Below, in pieces: positions 34,839 through 49,122 of a DNA stretch of 64,000 nucleotides (positions are counted from its first letter, which is position 1; each line of letters starts with the position of its first letter). The stretch spans positions 349,990,001 to 350,054,000 of the forward strand of contig NC_088791.1 in the NCBI RefSeq assembly GCF_011386835.1, read 5' to 3'. The notes under the pieces are model-generated. The model did not search any database, was not told the DNA's origin, and saw nothing but the letters and a program-made list of their open reading frames with translations. The DNA comes from Chrysemys picta bellii. Taxonomy: Eukaryota. The position numbers were made by a program, and so were the translations under genes.

Positions 34839-37800
34839 GTGTGATGGTGCATCCCACAAGGCTTATGGAAATATGCTTATGAATGGATATCTGACATAAC
34901 TAGAGCATCTGGGGGTCTCCTGTTTTCTCTTTGGGAATTATAGTCTCCCTAAAGGGCTACTCAGTGTGGGAGGCTGATGGAGGGCTACTTCCACTTAGTG
35001 GCCTGGTCCTGTAGCATGAGGGACAGAGGCTCATGGTTTGAGGTGGAACTGGGCTGGAAAATACACAACATTTTCACCCAACTAAAATGTTTCCTTTGCA
35101 TCCTTTTTGGGGTGAGTTTTCATAGAAAATGGATCATTTTTCTCTGAAAGTTCAGCTGCCATGATGCTGCCCAGCTGCATCTGCCTGGATCCCCAAGAGA
35201 AAGTTGAGGCTTTTCATCTGTCTCGTCCTCATAACATAAATGAAGGTGGCACTGACGGAGTCTATGGCTGAACTCTGGGTATGGAAAGGTCGAAACCACC
35301 TGACCAGTCTATGGCTGGGGTATTGTGCCCATCTGCTACTCTAACCAGCCCTCCCATCTCTGTGCAGCCCTCTCCACCCTGAACAATGCCCCTTCAGCAG
35401 ATCCTACGGGCAGTGGCTGCTGTGACAGGCCCTGGTAATACATCTCTGACGAACCTGTGCTAGCAAGGAGCTGGAGAGGGTCCTAGAGCAGTTGTGGAGG
35501 CTCAGAGATTGGGGATGGGGGGCCTAGCTACCAGTGGATCACAGAGATCTGTATCCAACTTTGGGGATCCAGGGATCCTGGTCCCCCTTTTCATTCCTCA
35601 GGGAGAAGGGACGATACCTTCCCTACTGCAATGATCTGAGGAAAATTTTTGTGTAGGGAGCCTTGTGGAATCTCCTTTCCCTGGCCTGCACCCTGGGTTT
35701 GTAATGCAAGACAGGGGGCTGCCAGGGAGAAATCTGGTCCTATATTATTATCAATTTTTCCATTTTATTTTATTTTATTTCAGCAAGATCACAGCTGTGA
35801 CAGCATCATCGTTACCACTGGGCTGCCCAGGAGGTAGCCATGTGACTAATCGGAACCATACAAACAGTGATGACAAGCCCAGATTCCAGGAATGGAACCT
35901 GCAGCTGGGCTGGCGCTGCAATCCGGTTGGGTAGGTTCACCACACATCCCCTGTGATTTGGCCTTTGGCCATTGGCCATGGTGGGGGTTAAAGCTGGTGC
36001 ACACTAACCCAAGCAGCTGAGGTTCCCTGATGGCCCAGTGGCCCCCAAGGAAATGTGTAAACATGCTTCATATAGACAGTTACCTCCCTATCTCAACAAA
36101 TGCTGCCTGCTGCCCGTGCAACCTCTCTGATGAAACCTTGTCTTTTAGGGTGAAGATCTCTGGTGTCAGCGGCTCCCCTTCTAGCAGGACTTGGGTACGT
36201 TGGCAGGTTTCACTATCTTTAAAATGCAAAGTGATGTTTAAAGGCTGCAAGCTGTTTCCATTTGCAGATGTTCTGTGCAGCAGCAGAGGACTCAGAGGGG
36301 CTGTCGGGGTGACTCACTGATGGGGAAGGAGGTCAGGCAGCAGTAGGCAGCTTAGGAACCTATCCCCGACACCTTCCCATGCTCTACGGTGAGCTGTGCA
36401 AGCAACACAGAAATCTGACATTCAAAGCGAGCTCGGAGTGTTAAATCTCAATGCTCTGAGTCAGGATTTTGGGGAGGAGGGGAGCATTTCTAGAGGTGCC
36501 GTGTGCTCTGGGCCCGATCCTGTGAGGAGTTGAGTGAGAGAAGTCCCCCTAGAATATCAGTGATAGTTCCCAAATCACCTCCTGTTTATTCGCTCCCGGA
36601 AATTGAATCAGCAAATGCATTTTCAAAGCTTTTATTCTCTGGCTTGATTGTGAAGGCATGAATTCAGAGCTGCGTTGCTCTGTGGTAACAGGTCCGATAG
36701 GGTATATTTCCTGACTGGCTGAGGGCTCCAGCACTTCTAGCCTGTAGATACCCCTGAGAGTTATGGGGCTCCTGGCATCTCTGCCCCTTCTCTAGTCTCC
36801 GAGTGCCAGATGTCAGGCCTTGGAGTCTTCCCATTCATGGGGTGGGATCCCACGGTCCTCCCACCCTCAGGCTGGGCCCTGGGCTACAGCACACTGCGGG
36901 TAAACTGGGCTTGCCCAGCAGGTCCGAGTGGGTTCAGCACCTGTGGTTCTTCCCTTTGTGAGCATGTGCCTAGCAGTGAGACGAGTGACCAGCCAGCCGT
37001 CTTGAACCAAAATACTGTTTAGTCTGAACACAGGGAATAAAGTGTAACGTGGGAGAATTAAAGGGTTTTCAAACAGTCTGTCCATGTCTCTTACCCCAAG
37101 CCCTCCCACTCTGACGGGGACACACGCAGACGTCCCTACTCCTGTCGGTCCCTGTCAGTCTGAAGAGCTTCTCAGCAACAGTTGCCCACCTCTGAAGAGA
37201 TTCCTAGCGCTGATAATACAAGCTGTGTAATGTGGCTGGAGCTCCAAGGTAGGCTATTCCCAGCTAGTAGCTCTGGTGTTGTCTCTCAACTGCCATGAAG
37301 TACTTACTGAGCGATGGCTTTTCCGGAGCTGTTGCTTCCCTTCCTGCTTGTTTTCTAACAGCCTGCTATTAAACTAAGAGAAGCCAAACTGGTTTAACCT
37401 AATACAGCCATAACATAAACACCTCAATAGTTAACCCAATACAGTTCTACAGCAAACATCCCAAGAACTGGGTTTAACATACACATTCCTTATGCCAGCT
37501 CAGTTCTGTCTGTCACAATACCAGAACCTGAGGAGAACCAGTCAGCTATTACCCCAGGCAGAGAGGATACTAGACTTTTGTTTGCTGACAAGTGATTGAA
37601 TGAGGGCTGAAATGCTGGGATCTTTTCAGGTTCTGAAGAAATCCAGATGACAGAGGCTACAGTTTAAGTCCAGCTCTAAAATGAGAAATTATCTCTGAAA
37701 GTAGACAAGAGGGGAAATAATGGGTTCACATGTGTGTACTAAAGTACAGATATGCCATTATCTAAATCATTGATCAAGATATTGAACAGAACCAGACCCA

Positions 37801-38360
37801 GAAATGATCCCTGTGGAACGGCTTTTGTTTTAGAAACTATGTCAGAAGTACTCCACGTACTGTTTGCAATGGATTTGTGCTATTAACTCTTTGTTCAGTG
37901 AACAGTTGTATGATACTGTCTACTGGGAAATGATCAGAAGTTCTTTCTAACACTTACATTCAGGGACATGAACAAAATCCCCGTGCAATACCTGTGTGAG
38001 ACTTTCCAAAAACTCCTGAGAGATCAGAACTGCTGGTCTGTGTTTAAGCAAACAGTAGAGCTGAGATCCAGGAAAGGGGAATGCAATAGTGGTTGTATGT
38101 AATTTTTGTCCATCACCTGTTACACGCACATGCCTGAAGTAACTTCACACACAAATGGATACTAGTGAAAACCTAGTGTTTGCAGTATTCACCCATGTGT
38201 GAGGATAACCCTTTCCCTGCCCAGCTGAAGTAACTGTCTGTGTTAGTTTGTAACTTTGCAGATATCTACAGACCCTTGCATGGGGAGAGGATGCAGGTCC
38301 TGTGACGATGAAGAGAAACTTGTTGGGTGATTGAACTCTCTGGATTCAGTCAAGATTCAG

Positions 38361-38547
38361 AGTAACAGCCGTGTTAGTCTGTATCCGCAAAAAGAAGAAC
38401 AGGAGTACTTGTGGCACCTTAGAGACTAACAAATTTATTAGAGCATAAGCTTTCGTGGACTACAGCCCGGCTGTAGTCCACGAAAGCTTATGCTCTAATA
38501 AATTTGTTAGTCTCTAAGGTGCCACAAGTACTCCTGTTCTTCTTTTT
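38361..38547. mobile_element. Penelope end insertion forming a perfect 159-bp palindrome (38389-38547)
   Basis: 79-bp arms at 38389-38467 and 38469-38547 with a 1-nt spacer; 13-bp TSD AGTCAAGATTCAG at 38348-38360 and 38548-38560. Confidence 0.92.
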
Positions 38548-39488
38548 AGTCAAGATTCAGGTTCTCTTGAAGGGATTCTTGGGGTCAGAGTGTATCACTG
38601 GGAGCATTTTTTAAGGGAAAGTTAATATAGCCCTTTTCTGAATTGAATTTACACATGTATATCTGGAGTGACACAGTTGAAGTCAATGTTATTGAATCCA
38701 GAACCTACGCCTAAGAATTTATCCCATGTAGTGTAAAAAGGCACTGGCATATCTGGGATCCTCCAGAGTGGAGAAAATAAAAAAAATACCTATAATGAGG
38801 CAATGAAACATATTTGTAAATAGCTTCAATGCAGGACATATAAATACAAGTACCGTTTTTAACCATGCTATTGCCATGTGTTTATACATGTCGTGATAAA
38901 ATGAGCCATATTCCAAAGTGGTGGGCCAGAAAAGGATGTCTGTGGGAAGGTCAGAACTGTAAAATCACACAATGCACAATAGGCTGTGGAACTCCCAGGC
39001 ACAAGATTTCAATGGGGCCAAAAACTTAGCAAGATTCAAAGAGGGGCGGGAGGTTTATATGGTTAACCTGAAAATCCAATTACAATAATGAGGATTTTTA
39101 AAAGAGTCTTGTAAGGGTTCTAAGCCCTCCTGATTTACACCACAAACTATGTCTAACTGCTGGGTGTCAGGAGGAAACATTCCCTGGGAGCAAGTTATCT
39201 CATAGCTGCCTATTGCAGGGCTTCTTGAACCTTCCTCTGAAGCATCTGGAATTGGCCACTGGATACTGAGCTAAATGGACTACAGGTCTGATCCAGTCTG
39301 GCAGTGCCCATCTTCTTATCGGTGCTGTAAATCCATGACTATGTTTTTCCTGATCTACCTTGAACTCCTGAGAGTCTCTAGATTTCAGCTCAGAGCAGAA
39401 TGATGTCTAGCTAAATATCATCTAGTCTCATGTTCTTTTTCCTTTTAGGAAGGAAAGTTCAAAACTTCTCAGACTTGCCTAGTACATT

Positions 39489-40424
39489 ATGTCAACTGTC
39501 AATGACACCAACTTCAACTCTGCAGTGTTCCTTCTCACTGGCATACCTGGGCGGGAAGACGTCTACCTCTGGATTTCTATCCTCTTCTGCTTAATTTATG
39601 CTATTTTGATAGCAGGAAATTCAGTCATTCTGTTCATTACAAAAATAGATCCAAGCCTGCATGAGCCCATGTACATTTTCCTTTCCATGTTGGCCATCAC
39701 AGACCTTGGCATATCGATAGCCACCCTACCAACGATATTGAGCATATACTTGTTCAATTCTAGAGAGATCAGCCTCAATGCCTGTTTTGCCCAGTTGTTC
39801 TTCATCCACTTGCTTCAATTAATTGAATCCTCCGTGCTCTTGTTGATGGCCTTTGACCGCTTCGTCGCGATCTGTAACCCACTGAGATATGCTTCCATCT
39901 TAACCCTGCCGAGAATAGCCAAGATGGGATTGGTGTGTGTGCTAAGGGGGGTGGCCATAATAGTTCCACTCCCCCTTCTCCTGAAACGGTACCAATACTG
40001 TCGAGCCAATGTCCTCTCCCATTCCTACTGCCTGCACCAGGAGGTCATGAAGATGGCTTGTTCGGACATCACAGTCAACAGCATCTATGGTTTATCTGCT
40101 TCACTCTTAACGTTGGGGTTGGATTCGCTGCTCATCTTCCTCTCTTATGTGATGATCTTCAAAACAGTGCTGAGTGTCGCATCAAAGGTGGAGAGTCTCA
40201 GAGCCCTGGAAACCTGTATTTCCCACCTCTGCATCGTCCTGCTCTTCTACGTACCAGAGATCAGCTTGTCTGTGATACACAGATTTGGGAAGGGCTCTTC
40301 TCACTTACTTCAGATTGTCCTGGGCTATACCAACCTGCTGGTCCCACCCCTGATGAACCCAATTGTGTACAGCATGAAAAGCGAACACCTTCGTGCGAGG
40401 ATAATCAGGTTGTTCATCAAGTGA
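39489..40424 (+). CDS. Class I olfactory receptor, OR51 family (OR4 here), intact, 311 aa
   Basis: LHEPMY, MAFDRFVAICNPLRY, HSYCLHQE, HRFG and PPLMNPIVYS motifs; NDT sequon. Confidence 0.97.
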   Translation: MSTVNDTNFNSAVFLLTGIPGREDVYLWISILFCLIYAILIAGNSVILFITKIDPSLHEPMYIFLSMLAITDLGISIATLPTILSIYLFNSREISLNACFAQLFFIHLLQLIESSVLLLMAFDRFVAICNPLRYASILTLPRIAKMGLVCVLRGVAIIVPLPLLLKRYQYCRANVLSHSYCLHQEVMKMACSDITVNSIYGLSASLLTLGLDSLLIFLSYVMIFKTVLSVASKVESLRALETCISHLCIVLLFYVPEISLSVIHRFGKGSSHLLQIVLGYTNLLVPPLMNPIVYSMKSEHLRARIIRLFIK

Positions 40425-43400
40425 AGGGTCAGTCCATCAACCAGCTCCAGTGCCTGTGACACGGGAGATGAAAAAATGCTCCACCTATTCCATTCTGGAC
40501 CCTTACATCCAAGACCAGATGAGCTATTAATCTCCATTCAATAGAGAAAGCTTCTGACGGGATCTAAGGCTTGGAGCAATGGAATAGGAGCTGTCCTCAC
40601 CAGCTAGTGAGTGAGGACAGGGCACTTGGAGGAGACCATGGGAGGCAGCAGCATTCACATAGTGACTGTGTTCATGGAGATCCAGGGCACCAGCCAGTTC
40701 TTGGCCCTTAAATAGCCATATCGGTGGCTGCTTTGACCTCAGAAAATCTGGCAATACAGTCAATAAAGAGAAGGGATGTGAATGTTGTTCCCATGACACC
40801 TGACCTGCCACTGGGCCGTCTCTGGTTAAACATCCCCGGGCCATGAAAAAAGCTGCAGAGCTGTTGTGCAGTCACAGTCCTGACCCTTCTTGAGCGCTCT
40901 GGGTGCTGTGTGATCCATGGGGGCTGCACCAGCTGTGGATGGGGCTATTCCAGGGGCACGGACACCCACCCCTTCCCCTATGCCCTCAGCCAGGTAATTT
41001 TGACTGTGACATGATTAACGCAGGGTCCCAGGAGAAGCCATTCAGGCAACCCCTCTCCCCCATTGATGGCTCGGCACACAGCACACCCACTGAGGCAGGG
41101 CAGAGCTGTGTGTGTGAGTGAGGGTCTGACACACAGGAGTCCTGGAAAGAGACTCAGGCCCAGACTCCCTCCCTGTCTGCTCCATTTCTGCTTCCCCAGC
41201 AACCCAAAGTGGTGGAAACTGGCCTCAGCTCCCCATAGAGTCACGGCGATCTCCTGTCCCAGCCCAGCCCAGCCCATTCAGTGTAGGGAGACCACCTTTT
41301 CCAAAGGCAAAAGCAGAAGATATGCAGGAGCCACGTCCCCGCACTGACCCAGCCCCTGCTCCTCTTCTTCCCCCTCTGCCCCATCCCTTCTCCCAAGCCT
41401 CACCCCGGTTCCTCCTCTTTACCAGAAGCTCTGCCCCCTCTCCAGGCCCAACGCCAAAGACCAGATGTTGTAAGAGCTGCCCAGGGAGCCAAAGCAACTG
41501 TATGGAGCCCCAGACACTCCTCCTGCCCTAGGCAAGTGGCTGTGAGCCCCAAGAGCAGCTCCCAGCTTGTGTCCCCTCACACCTGGACACCCCAGGACAT
41601 ACCCGCAGGGACGTTGGAGAGTCCGGGTCTCCCCACAGTGGCCTGGGCTCCCTGGGTAGCTCTTACCAAGGCCCAGCTGTGGCCTGGCCTGGGGACAGAG
41701 CCTCAGGGGAAGTGAAGGAGCAGGGGGAAGGGCCTAGTGGGTAGAGACGGTGTGGGGTGTGTGGCAAGCCTGAACCAATGCTAACCACAACAAGCAGAGC
41801 AGTGGGGTTCCTGAGTAAAGGAGGAGGATGGGCCTGGAGGGTTGGAGAGTCAGCATTTTGGAAATGACTGAATTAATGTGACCTCTTTAAGTACCCCAAG
41901 TTGAGAGTAAGTCATTGCAAGGGTTTTAGAGAGAAGGACAGGGCCCCTACAGGGCTACCTCAGGCCCCATGGGGGCACTCTAGGGTGGCCCTGTTCACAG
42001 GGACTTGGCCAGAGCGCGCTGTGCTCTTGGAAGCTGTTACCAATGGGCAGAGGTCAGCCCAGCCCCCAGGCTGTGTTGTGTTGGGCTAAACCAACCAAGC
42101 TCTTTTAGTCTCCTTGAAATACAGGCCCTCCATTGCCCTGACCATCCTTGGAGTAATGGCTCTTGCTGTCCCTGCTCGCTGCAGTGCAGGAGAGACTCCA
42201 GCTGGATCTGTCAATGCTCAGATGGCTGGATGTCTGGTCCTGTGGTTTGTCACTGCTCCGTGACTCAGCAGAGTTTGGTGTGAGTCCCCGACAATGTGTG
42301 ACCATGGGCAAGTCATTGGCTGTCTCTGGGCCTCTGCACAGGCAGATAATAGCCCTACCCTGCCTCACAGAGGTGGCAGAAGGATAAATACGTTTAAGGT
42401 GCTCAGATAGTCTGAAACCCTAAGATCAGGGCTGTGTCAGGGTTCCATAGAGCAAAGCCACTGACATTTGTGTATAAAAGGTTTTTTGAACACAACTTCC
42501 TGTGACAGCTGGCTTCTGGGAAGCCCTGTGACTCCAACACCTTGGTGTCTGTGGCAGATGTGGAGGTGCTCAGGGTGATAGTGAGGGGTAGGAGTGGATT
42601 TATTAGGGGAACGTTGGAGCATCACAGGAACGTCAGGAGTTTCAGACAGTCACCAGAATGGTGTTTACCACCCATTGAGGCTGAATGGGTCTAACTGTCA
42701 AACAATGGAGCAACAGCCATGGGGCATCATCTTAGATGGTCTGGCTGGGAGAAAGCAGTCTGAGGGCAAAGGTCAGATTCACACATTATCCCTGTAACAC
42801 TGATGCGGCTGAGCACTATGGTGACTGGACCCAGGCTCACACAGGTTTCAGCAAAGGCTGCTTCCACAGGAAAGGGGCAAACAGATGGGAAGATGCTCTC
42901 AGAGACACAGGGAAACTAGGCTGGGTCCCAAGAGCTCCTTGTTGTCCCAAAAAATATAAGTTGGGCCAATTCTGTTTCTCTGTCTCCAGAGCAAACCCCG
43001 TATAGCTTAGCTATCAGTGCTTTGTGAGTTAGATGAGTGTAGACATGTGACAGCTGCCTGATATTTTAAAACCATTTTTTCTAATGCTTTGTGCTGTTTT
43101 CCAATAAGCCTACTAGTGTTTAAGGAGTATGGAGATGATTGTGTAGCTCTGGTCACAAGACTGAGGTGTCTCATTGGACCTGCTTGGTGGTAAGCTTTTA
43201 TCATGGAGGGGGTGTGGTTCCCAGCTCAAAGAGTGGGATAATTGTGAGATTTGCCCCAAGACAGAAAAGGACCTGGTTTAGAGGGTAAGGAGACCATATA
43301 TCCTGGTTTTACTGTGACAGTCCTGATTCTTCTTGTCCAGCATCTATCCTTGTTGAGTGCCTATCAGGATTCAGAGGAGCAACTTGTTCAAGTTGCATCC

Positions 43401-44119
43401 AAGACAACGATCCACTCAGGATAATGATTAGTAGACCTATAGAGTTTAAGGCCAGAAGGAGCCATTAGATCATCTAGTCCAGAGGTTCTCAAGCTGAGGG
43501 CGGGTCCCCCGGTGGGATATGTGGAACGTATTCCAGGATTGGCATGAAAAGCTTTAGGAAAATAAATCTTACTGTGCACTGTTTTACCCATAGCCGTGAA
43601 TAACTAGCCAAGCTGATTCCTCCAGAGAGATCTGGTCTTCAGTCGGCACTGTGCGTTTGTCTCTAAGTGGTACTGTGCATTTTGATGGATTTCTATTACG
43701 CTTGCACCACATTATACAAAGTCGTTGCCATTTGTAGGTGGATCTGTTTGGTATGGTGCGGTGTGCACATTTCATCATAGAAAAAAATGTAATTGGAACA
43801 GAAACAATAAAGCAACAAAAAATAAATGATACATTTCTCAAATAAATTTCACTACAAATAATGATACATTTCTCAAATAGATGTATCAAAGCAGCCATTA
43901 CTGTAAAAGAGGAAAAGGACAATGTTAATCTAACCTCCACTGGGCTTGTTATTCAAACTGTAAAAGCAATAAAACCAAAAAAAGCCACCTCCCATGCCAG
44001 AAGGCTGGGAAACTTGGTGGACTGAAAAATAAAATGGATGGGCTACAAACCCTCTAAATACAGGAAAGGTACAAATTTTGTTTACACTAGAAGGAGACAT
44101 GTCTCCATACATTAAATAA

Positions 44120-46810
44120 TATTGAATACCCCAACCACCCAAAAAAATTCATTAAAACAAGTCATAGAGAACGACACAAAAACGAGGAGGTTAGTGAAAC
44201 AGAAATTAAAAGATACAGTATCAAAAGTAAAATCTCTGCAAGCTGCATGGAAACAATTTAAAGACACAATAATAGAGGTTCAACTTAAATGTATACCTCA
44301 AATTAAAAAATATAGCAAGAGAACCAAAACAGAGACACTGTGGCTAAACAACAAAGTAAATGAAGCAGTGAGAGGCAAAAAAACATCCTTGAAAAAGAGG
44401 AAGTTGAATTTCAGTGAGGAAAATAGAAAGGAGCATAAACTCTGTCAAATGAAGTGAAAAATGTAATTAGAAAGGCCAAAAAAGATAATTAAAGAACAGC
44501 TAGCCAAAGACTCAAAAAGTAATAGCATCGGAAGTAGAAAACCTACTAAACAACCAGTGAGACCACTGGATGATCGAGATGCTAAAGGAGCACTCAAGGA
44601 CAATATGGCTATTGTGGAGAAACTAAATGAATTCTTTGAATTGGTCTTCATAGCTGAGAATGTGAGGGACCTTCCAAAGCCCGAGCCATTCTTTTCAGGT
44701 GACAAATCTGAGGAATTGTCCCAGATTGAGGTGTCATTAAAGGATGTCTTGGAACAAATTTATAAACTAAACAGTAACAAATCACCAGGACCAGATGGTA
44801 TTCACCTAAGTGTCCTGAAGGAACTCAAATGTGAAATTGTGGAACTACTAACTGTAGTCTGTAGCCTATCATTTAAATCAACTTCTGTACCAGATGACTG
44901 GAGGATAGCTAACGTAACGCCAATTTTTTAAAAGGGCTCCAGAGGTGATCCAGGCAATTACGGGACGGTAAGCCTGAATTCAGTATCAGGCAAACTAGTT
45001 GAAAATATAGTAAAGAACAAAATTGTCAGACATATACATGAACATAATTTGTTAGGGAAGAGTCAACATGGTTTTTGTAAAAGGAAATCATGCCTCACCT
45101 ATCCACTAGAATTCTTTGAGGGGGATCAACAAGCACGTGGACAACAGAGATCCAGTGGATATAGGGTATTTATATTTTCAGAAAGTCTTTGACAAGGTCT
45201 GTCACCAAAGCTCTTAAGCAAAGTAACCTGCCAAGGAATAAGAGGGAAGGTTTTCTCATGGATTGGTAACTGGTTGAAAGTGTTAATACAGCCTCCCCCC
45301 CCCCCAATTCGTTTGGCCAGGCCGCCTCGCAATCCCGCAGAGGATCCGAACCCAGGAAAGAGGCCCAATAGACTGCATGACCTTATTAGAGCATACTACT
45401 TATCACAGGAAACTTACGAGGGATGTATCCATAGTGTTACCACACAAAAAAGCCGTTTCTGCAGTTTCCACATTATGTTGCTCTTCCTAATAAGGGGAAG
45501 ACAGTTGGGGCACTAAAAAAACCAATCAATACGTGCCACGTTTACTTCCAAAAACTATATACTTAGTCGCCCCTGTATAGCAGTTAGAGGTGTCCCGAAA
45601 ACGAACTAACGTCACTACCAGTCCAGGTCTCATCAACTTGGGCTTGATCCTCCCGCTCTCGAATCCAGCCTCGAGCGTGTGTCCTGTAGCTGGCTCGAAT
45701 TCATTATGTATATGCTCTCCCATCTGGCTGTTATTTGCATGGCCATAAGTAATTAGTTAACTGTCATTGCTTTGTCTGTGGTTATTTTGTTTGTTACCCC
45801 CTACTGTGTTTAGATTGGAAAAGGGCTTTGACTGTTAATGTGCTTCCTTTCCCTTATCTTACTTGTTTAAATTTGGTTACATAGTACTTGTAAGTGTTTT
45901 AAATTTAGTTACTTAGTAATTGTAGTTGCTTAAAATTAGTTATATAGTATTGTAGTAAGCTAATAAGAATTCATAAAATTAACATTTTATATATATATAT
46001 AGAATCACCATCATATAATAAAATTAAGTTGTATCCATCTCTCCTCATCCTGGGTCATTCAACTCAGTCCTTCACCGAGAACTCTCAAAGAACCACCAGC
46101 CCTTTTTTGGGCTGAACAGAAAGATAGGAAACAAAGGGTAGAAATAAATGGTCAGTTTTCAGAATGGAGAGGGGTAAATAGTGGTGTCGCACAGGAGTCT
46201 GTACTGGGCCAAATCCTATTCAACATATTCATAAATGATCTGTAAAAAGGGGTAAACAGTGAGGTGGCAAAATGTGCAGATGATACAAAACTACTCAAGG
46301 TAGGTAAGTCCCAGGCAGACTGTGAGGCAATGCATAAGGATCTCTCAAAACTGGGTGACTGGGCAGCAAAATGGCAGATGAATTCAATGCTGATAAATGC
46401 AAAGTAATGCACATTGGAAAACACAATCTCAACTATATATATATCAAATGATGGGGTTTAAATTAGCTTTTACCACTCAAGAAAGAGATCTTGGAGTCAT
46501 TGTGGATAGTTCTCTGAGAACATCCACTCAATATGCAGTGGCAGTCAAAAAAGTGAACAAAATGTTGGGAATCATTAATTCAGGGATGGATAATAAGACC
46601 GAAAATATCATATTGCCTCTTTATAAATCCATGGTATGCCACATCTTGAGTACTGCATGCAGATGTGGTTGCCCCATCTCAAAAAAGATCTACTAGAATT
46701 GGAAAAGGTTCAGAAAACAGCAAGAAAAAGGATTAGGGATGTGGAACAGCTTCCATCTGAGGAGACATTAATAAGACTGGGACTTTTCAGCCTGAAAAAG
46801 AGATGACTAA
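44120..46810 (+). mobile_element. CR1 ORF2 relic (linker plus RT), interrupted by an LTR
   Basis: KSPGPDGIH, VPDDWRIANVTPIF*KG, SQHGF, GV.Q.SVLG..LFNIFINDL and KCADDTKL motifs, with stops and frameshifts. Confidence 0.92.
45281..46118 (-). mobile_element. Solo LTR nested in CR1
   Basis: TG...CA termini; perfect 5-bp TSD GAAAG at 45276-45280 and 46119-46123. Removing it restores CR1 tggttgaaagataggaaac. Confidence 0.88.
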
Positions 46811-47370
46811 AGGTATGTCTACACTACGAAATTAAGTCAAGTCAATTTTTTAGAAATCAATTTGATACAGTCGAATGTGTGTGTCCCCACTAAGCGCATT
46901 AAGTCGGTGGTGTGCGTCCACAGTACCGAAGCTAGCGTCGACTTTCGGAGCATTGCACTGTGGTAGCTATCCCACAGTTCCCACAGTCTCTGCCGCCCAT
47001 TGGAATTCTGGGTTGAGCTCCCAATGCCTGATGGGGCAAAAACATTGTCGCGGGTGGTTCTGGGTAACATGTCATCAGGTCCCCCTCTCTCTCTCCCTCC
47101 CTCCCTCTCTCTGTGAAAGCAACAGCAAAAAATCGTTTCTCGCCTTTTTTCCTGGGTTACCCATGCAGACGACATACCATAGCAGGCATGAAGCCCACTC
47201 AGCTCACTGTCACCGTATGTCTCCTGGGTGCTGCTGGTAGATGCGGTACTGCAGTGCTACACAGCAGCATCCCCTTGCCTTGCCTTGCCTTGCCCTGCCT
47301 TGCAGATGGCAGACGGTGCAATACGCCTGTTAACCTTCGTTGTTGTCCCATGGGTGCTCCTGGCCGATCT
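46811..47370. mobile_element. Harbinger-type non-autonomous element, one end only
   Basis: TAA followed by aggtatgtctacact (Harbinger TIR pattern). The right end was not found, and the end coordinate is approximate. Confidence 0.6.
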
Positions 47371-47379
47371 CACCAGAGG

Positions 47380-49122
47380 GTGCTGTGGCACTAGAATAGC
47401 ACAGCAGCTCCAGGCAGAAAATAACTTCAGCAGTTCTGCCTTTCACCTGCTGTCAAGGTTCCTTCCCCACTCTGAACTCTAGGGTACAGATGTGGGGGAC
47501 CTGCATGAGAACCTCTAAACTGAATTACCAGCTTAGATCTGGTTTTGCTGCCACCACTACCAAGTGCTAACTCCCTTCCCTGGGTAGCCTTGAGAGACTT
47601 CTTCACCAATTTCCTGGTGAACACCAATCCAAACCCTTGGATCTTAAAACAAGGAGGAATTAATCATTCCCCCCTTCCCTTTCCTCCCACCAATTCCTGG
47701 TGAGTCCAGATCCAATCCCCTTGGATCTTAAAACAAGGAAAAATCAATCAGGTTCTTAAAAGAAGGCTTTTAATTAAAGAAAGAAAGGTAAAAATCATCT
47801 CTGTAAAATCAGGATGGAAAATAACTTTACAGGGTAATCAGATTCAAAGAGCCCAGAGGACCACCTCTAGTCTTAAGTTCAAAGTTACAGCAAACAGAGG
47901 TAAACCCTCTAGCAAAAGGTACATTTACAAGTTGAGAAAAACAAGATAAACCAACATGCCTTGCCTGGCTGTTACTTACAAGTTTGAAATATGAGAGACT
48001 TGTTCAGAAGATTTGGAGAGCATGGATTGATGTCTGGTCCCTCTTAGTCCCAAGAGCGAACAACCCCCAAAACAAAGAGCACAAACAAAAACCTTCCCCC
48101 CCCCCCAAGATTTGAAAGTATCTTGTCCCCTTATTGGTCCTTTGGGTCAGGTGTCAGCCAGGTTACCTGAGCTTCTTAACCCTTTACAGGTAAAAGGATT
48201 TTGGTGTCTCTGGCCAGGAGGGATTTTATAGTATTGTACACAGGAGGGCTGTTACCCTTCCCTTTATAGTTATGACACCTGCCATAGGGCACTCTGGCAA
48301 TAGAATAGAGCAGCAGCTCCCAGACCGGGCCCGGTCAGGAGACAGGGACTGTGGGGAGACAGACAGCGTGGGTAGCTGGGGGGGCAGATAGGGGCTCATA
48401 AGGGCTAGTGGGGGAGGAATAGATTGGGTCAGGGGCTGAATTGGAGTGACAGCGCAGGGCAACAGGTGGGAGGGAAGTGCAGGACGGCATGGGAGAAGGG
48501 AGATGGCTGAGTGGGGGCACAGAGACACATAAGGAAGGCAGGGTGCAGGGCCACATGGGGATAGAGGAAGTGAGTGTCTGAGTGGGGGTGGAGGGAAACA
48601 TGTGGACAAGGGCAGATGTTCCTGACTGAATGGGCAAGGGTAGGGCTGAGCCAGGGTCTCCCTCCCTAACAGTCCTTCGCCCAAGGAAACCTCTTCCATA
48701 TTTTTCCAAACCATAACCAACAACCCTCCAAGTTCACACCTAGGCACCTTTTCAGCAATTTCTTCCCTCTCCCTCAGCTCCTATGTTACCCAGGACTCCC
48801 CCAAGCTTTTGCACTACTTCTGAGGGGTGCTGGAAAATACGGTTCTGTATTATAGTTTAAATGAATTATTATTCAAAGTTGTGTATTAATATGCCTATTA
48901 AGGAAGCTATTTGTCAAAAAATATATCTTTTTTGTTGTCTGTATTGTTACCGACAGATTTGCTGACAGGTATTTTGAAATAAATGACCAAAAATAATTGA
49001 AGCTGGCCTGATTATATAGTGTTATTTAACAAATAAAATATGCAGATTTTTGCACAATTTGAAAATATAGTGTTCAGAATTTGAATTTTTAATTGTTTTG
49101 GCACAGAATTCCCCCAGGAGTA
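47380..49122. mobile_element. Non-autonomous DNA transposon relic hosting an LTR
   Basis: Ends in gcacagaattcccccaggagta, a common reptile DNA-element terminus. The left boundary is approximate. Confidence 0.45.
47451..48277. mobile_element. Solo LTR, same family as 55710-56528
   Basis: tgtcaagg ... ttatgaca; perfect 5-bp TSD CCTGC at 47446-47450 and 48278-48282. Confidence 0.92.

Noticed and set aside
44122-44931. 111-aa and 124-aa ORFs as a possible domesticated gene
   Set aside because: Adjacent pieces of a CR1 ORF2 broken by stops, frameshifts and an LTR.
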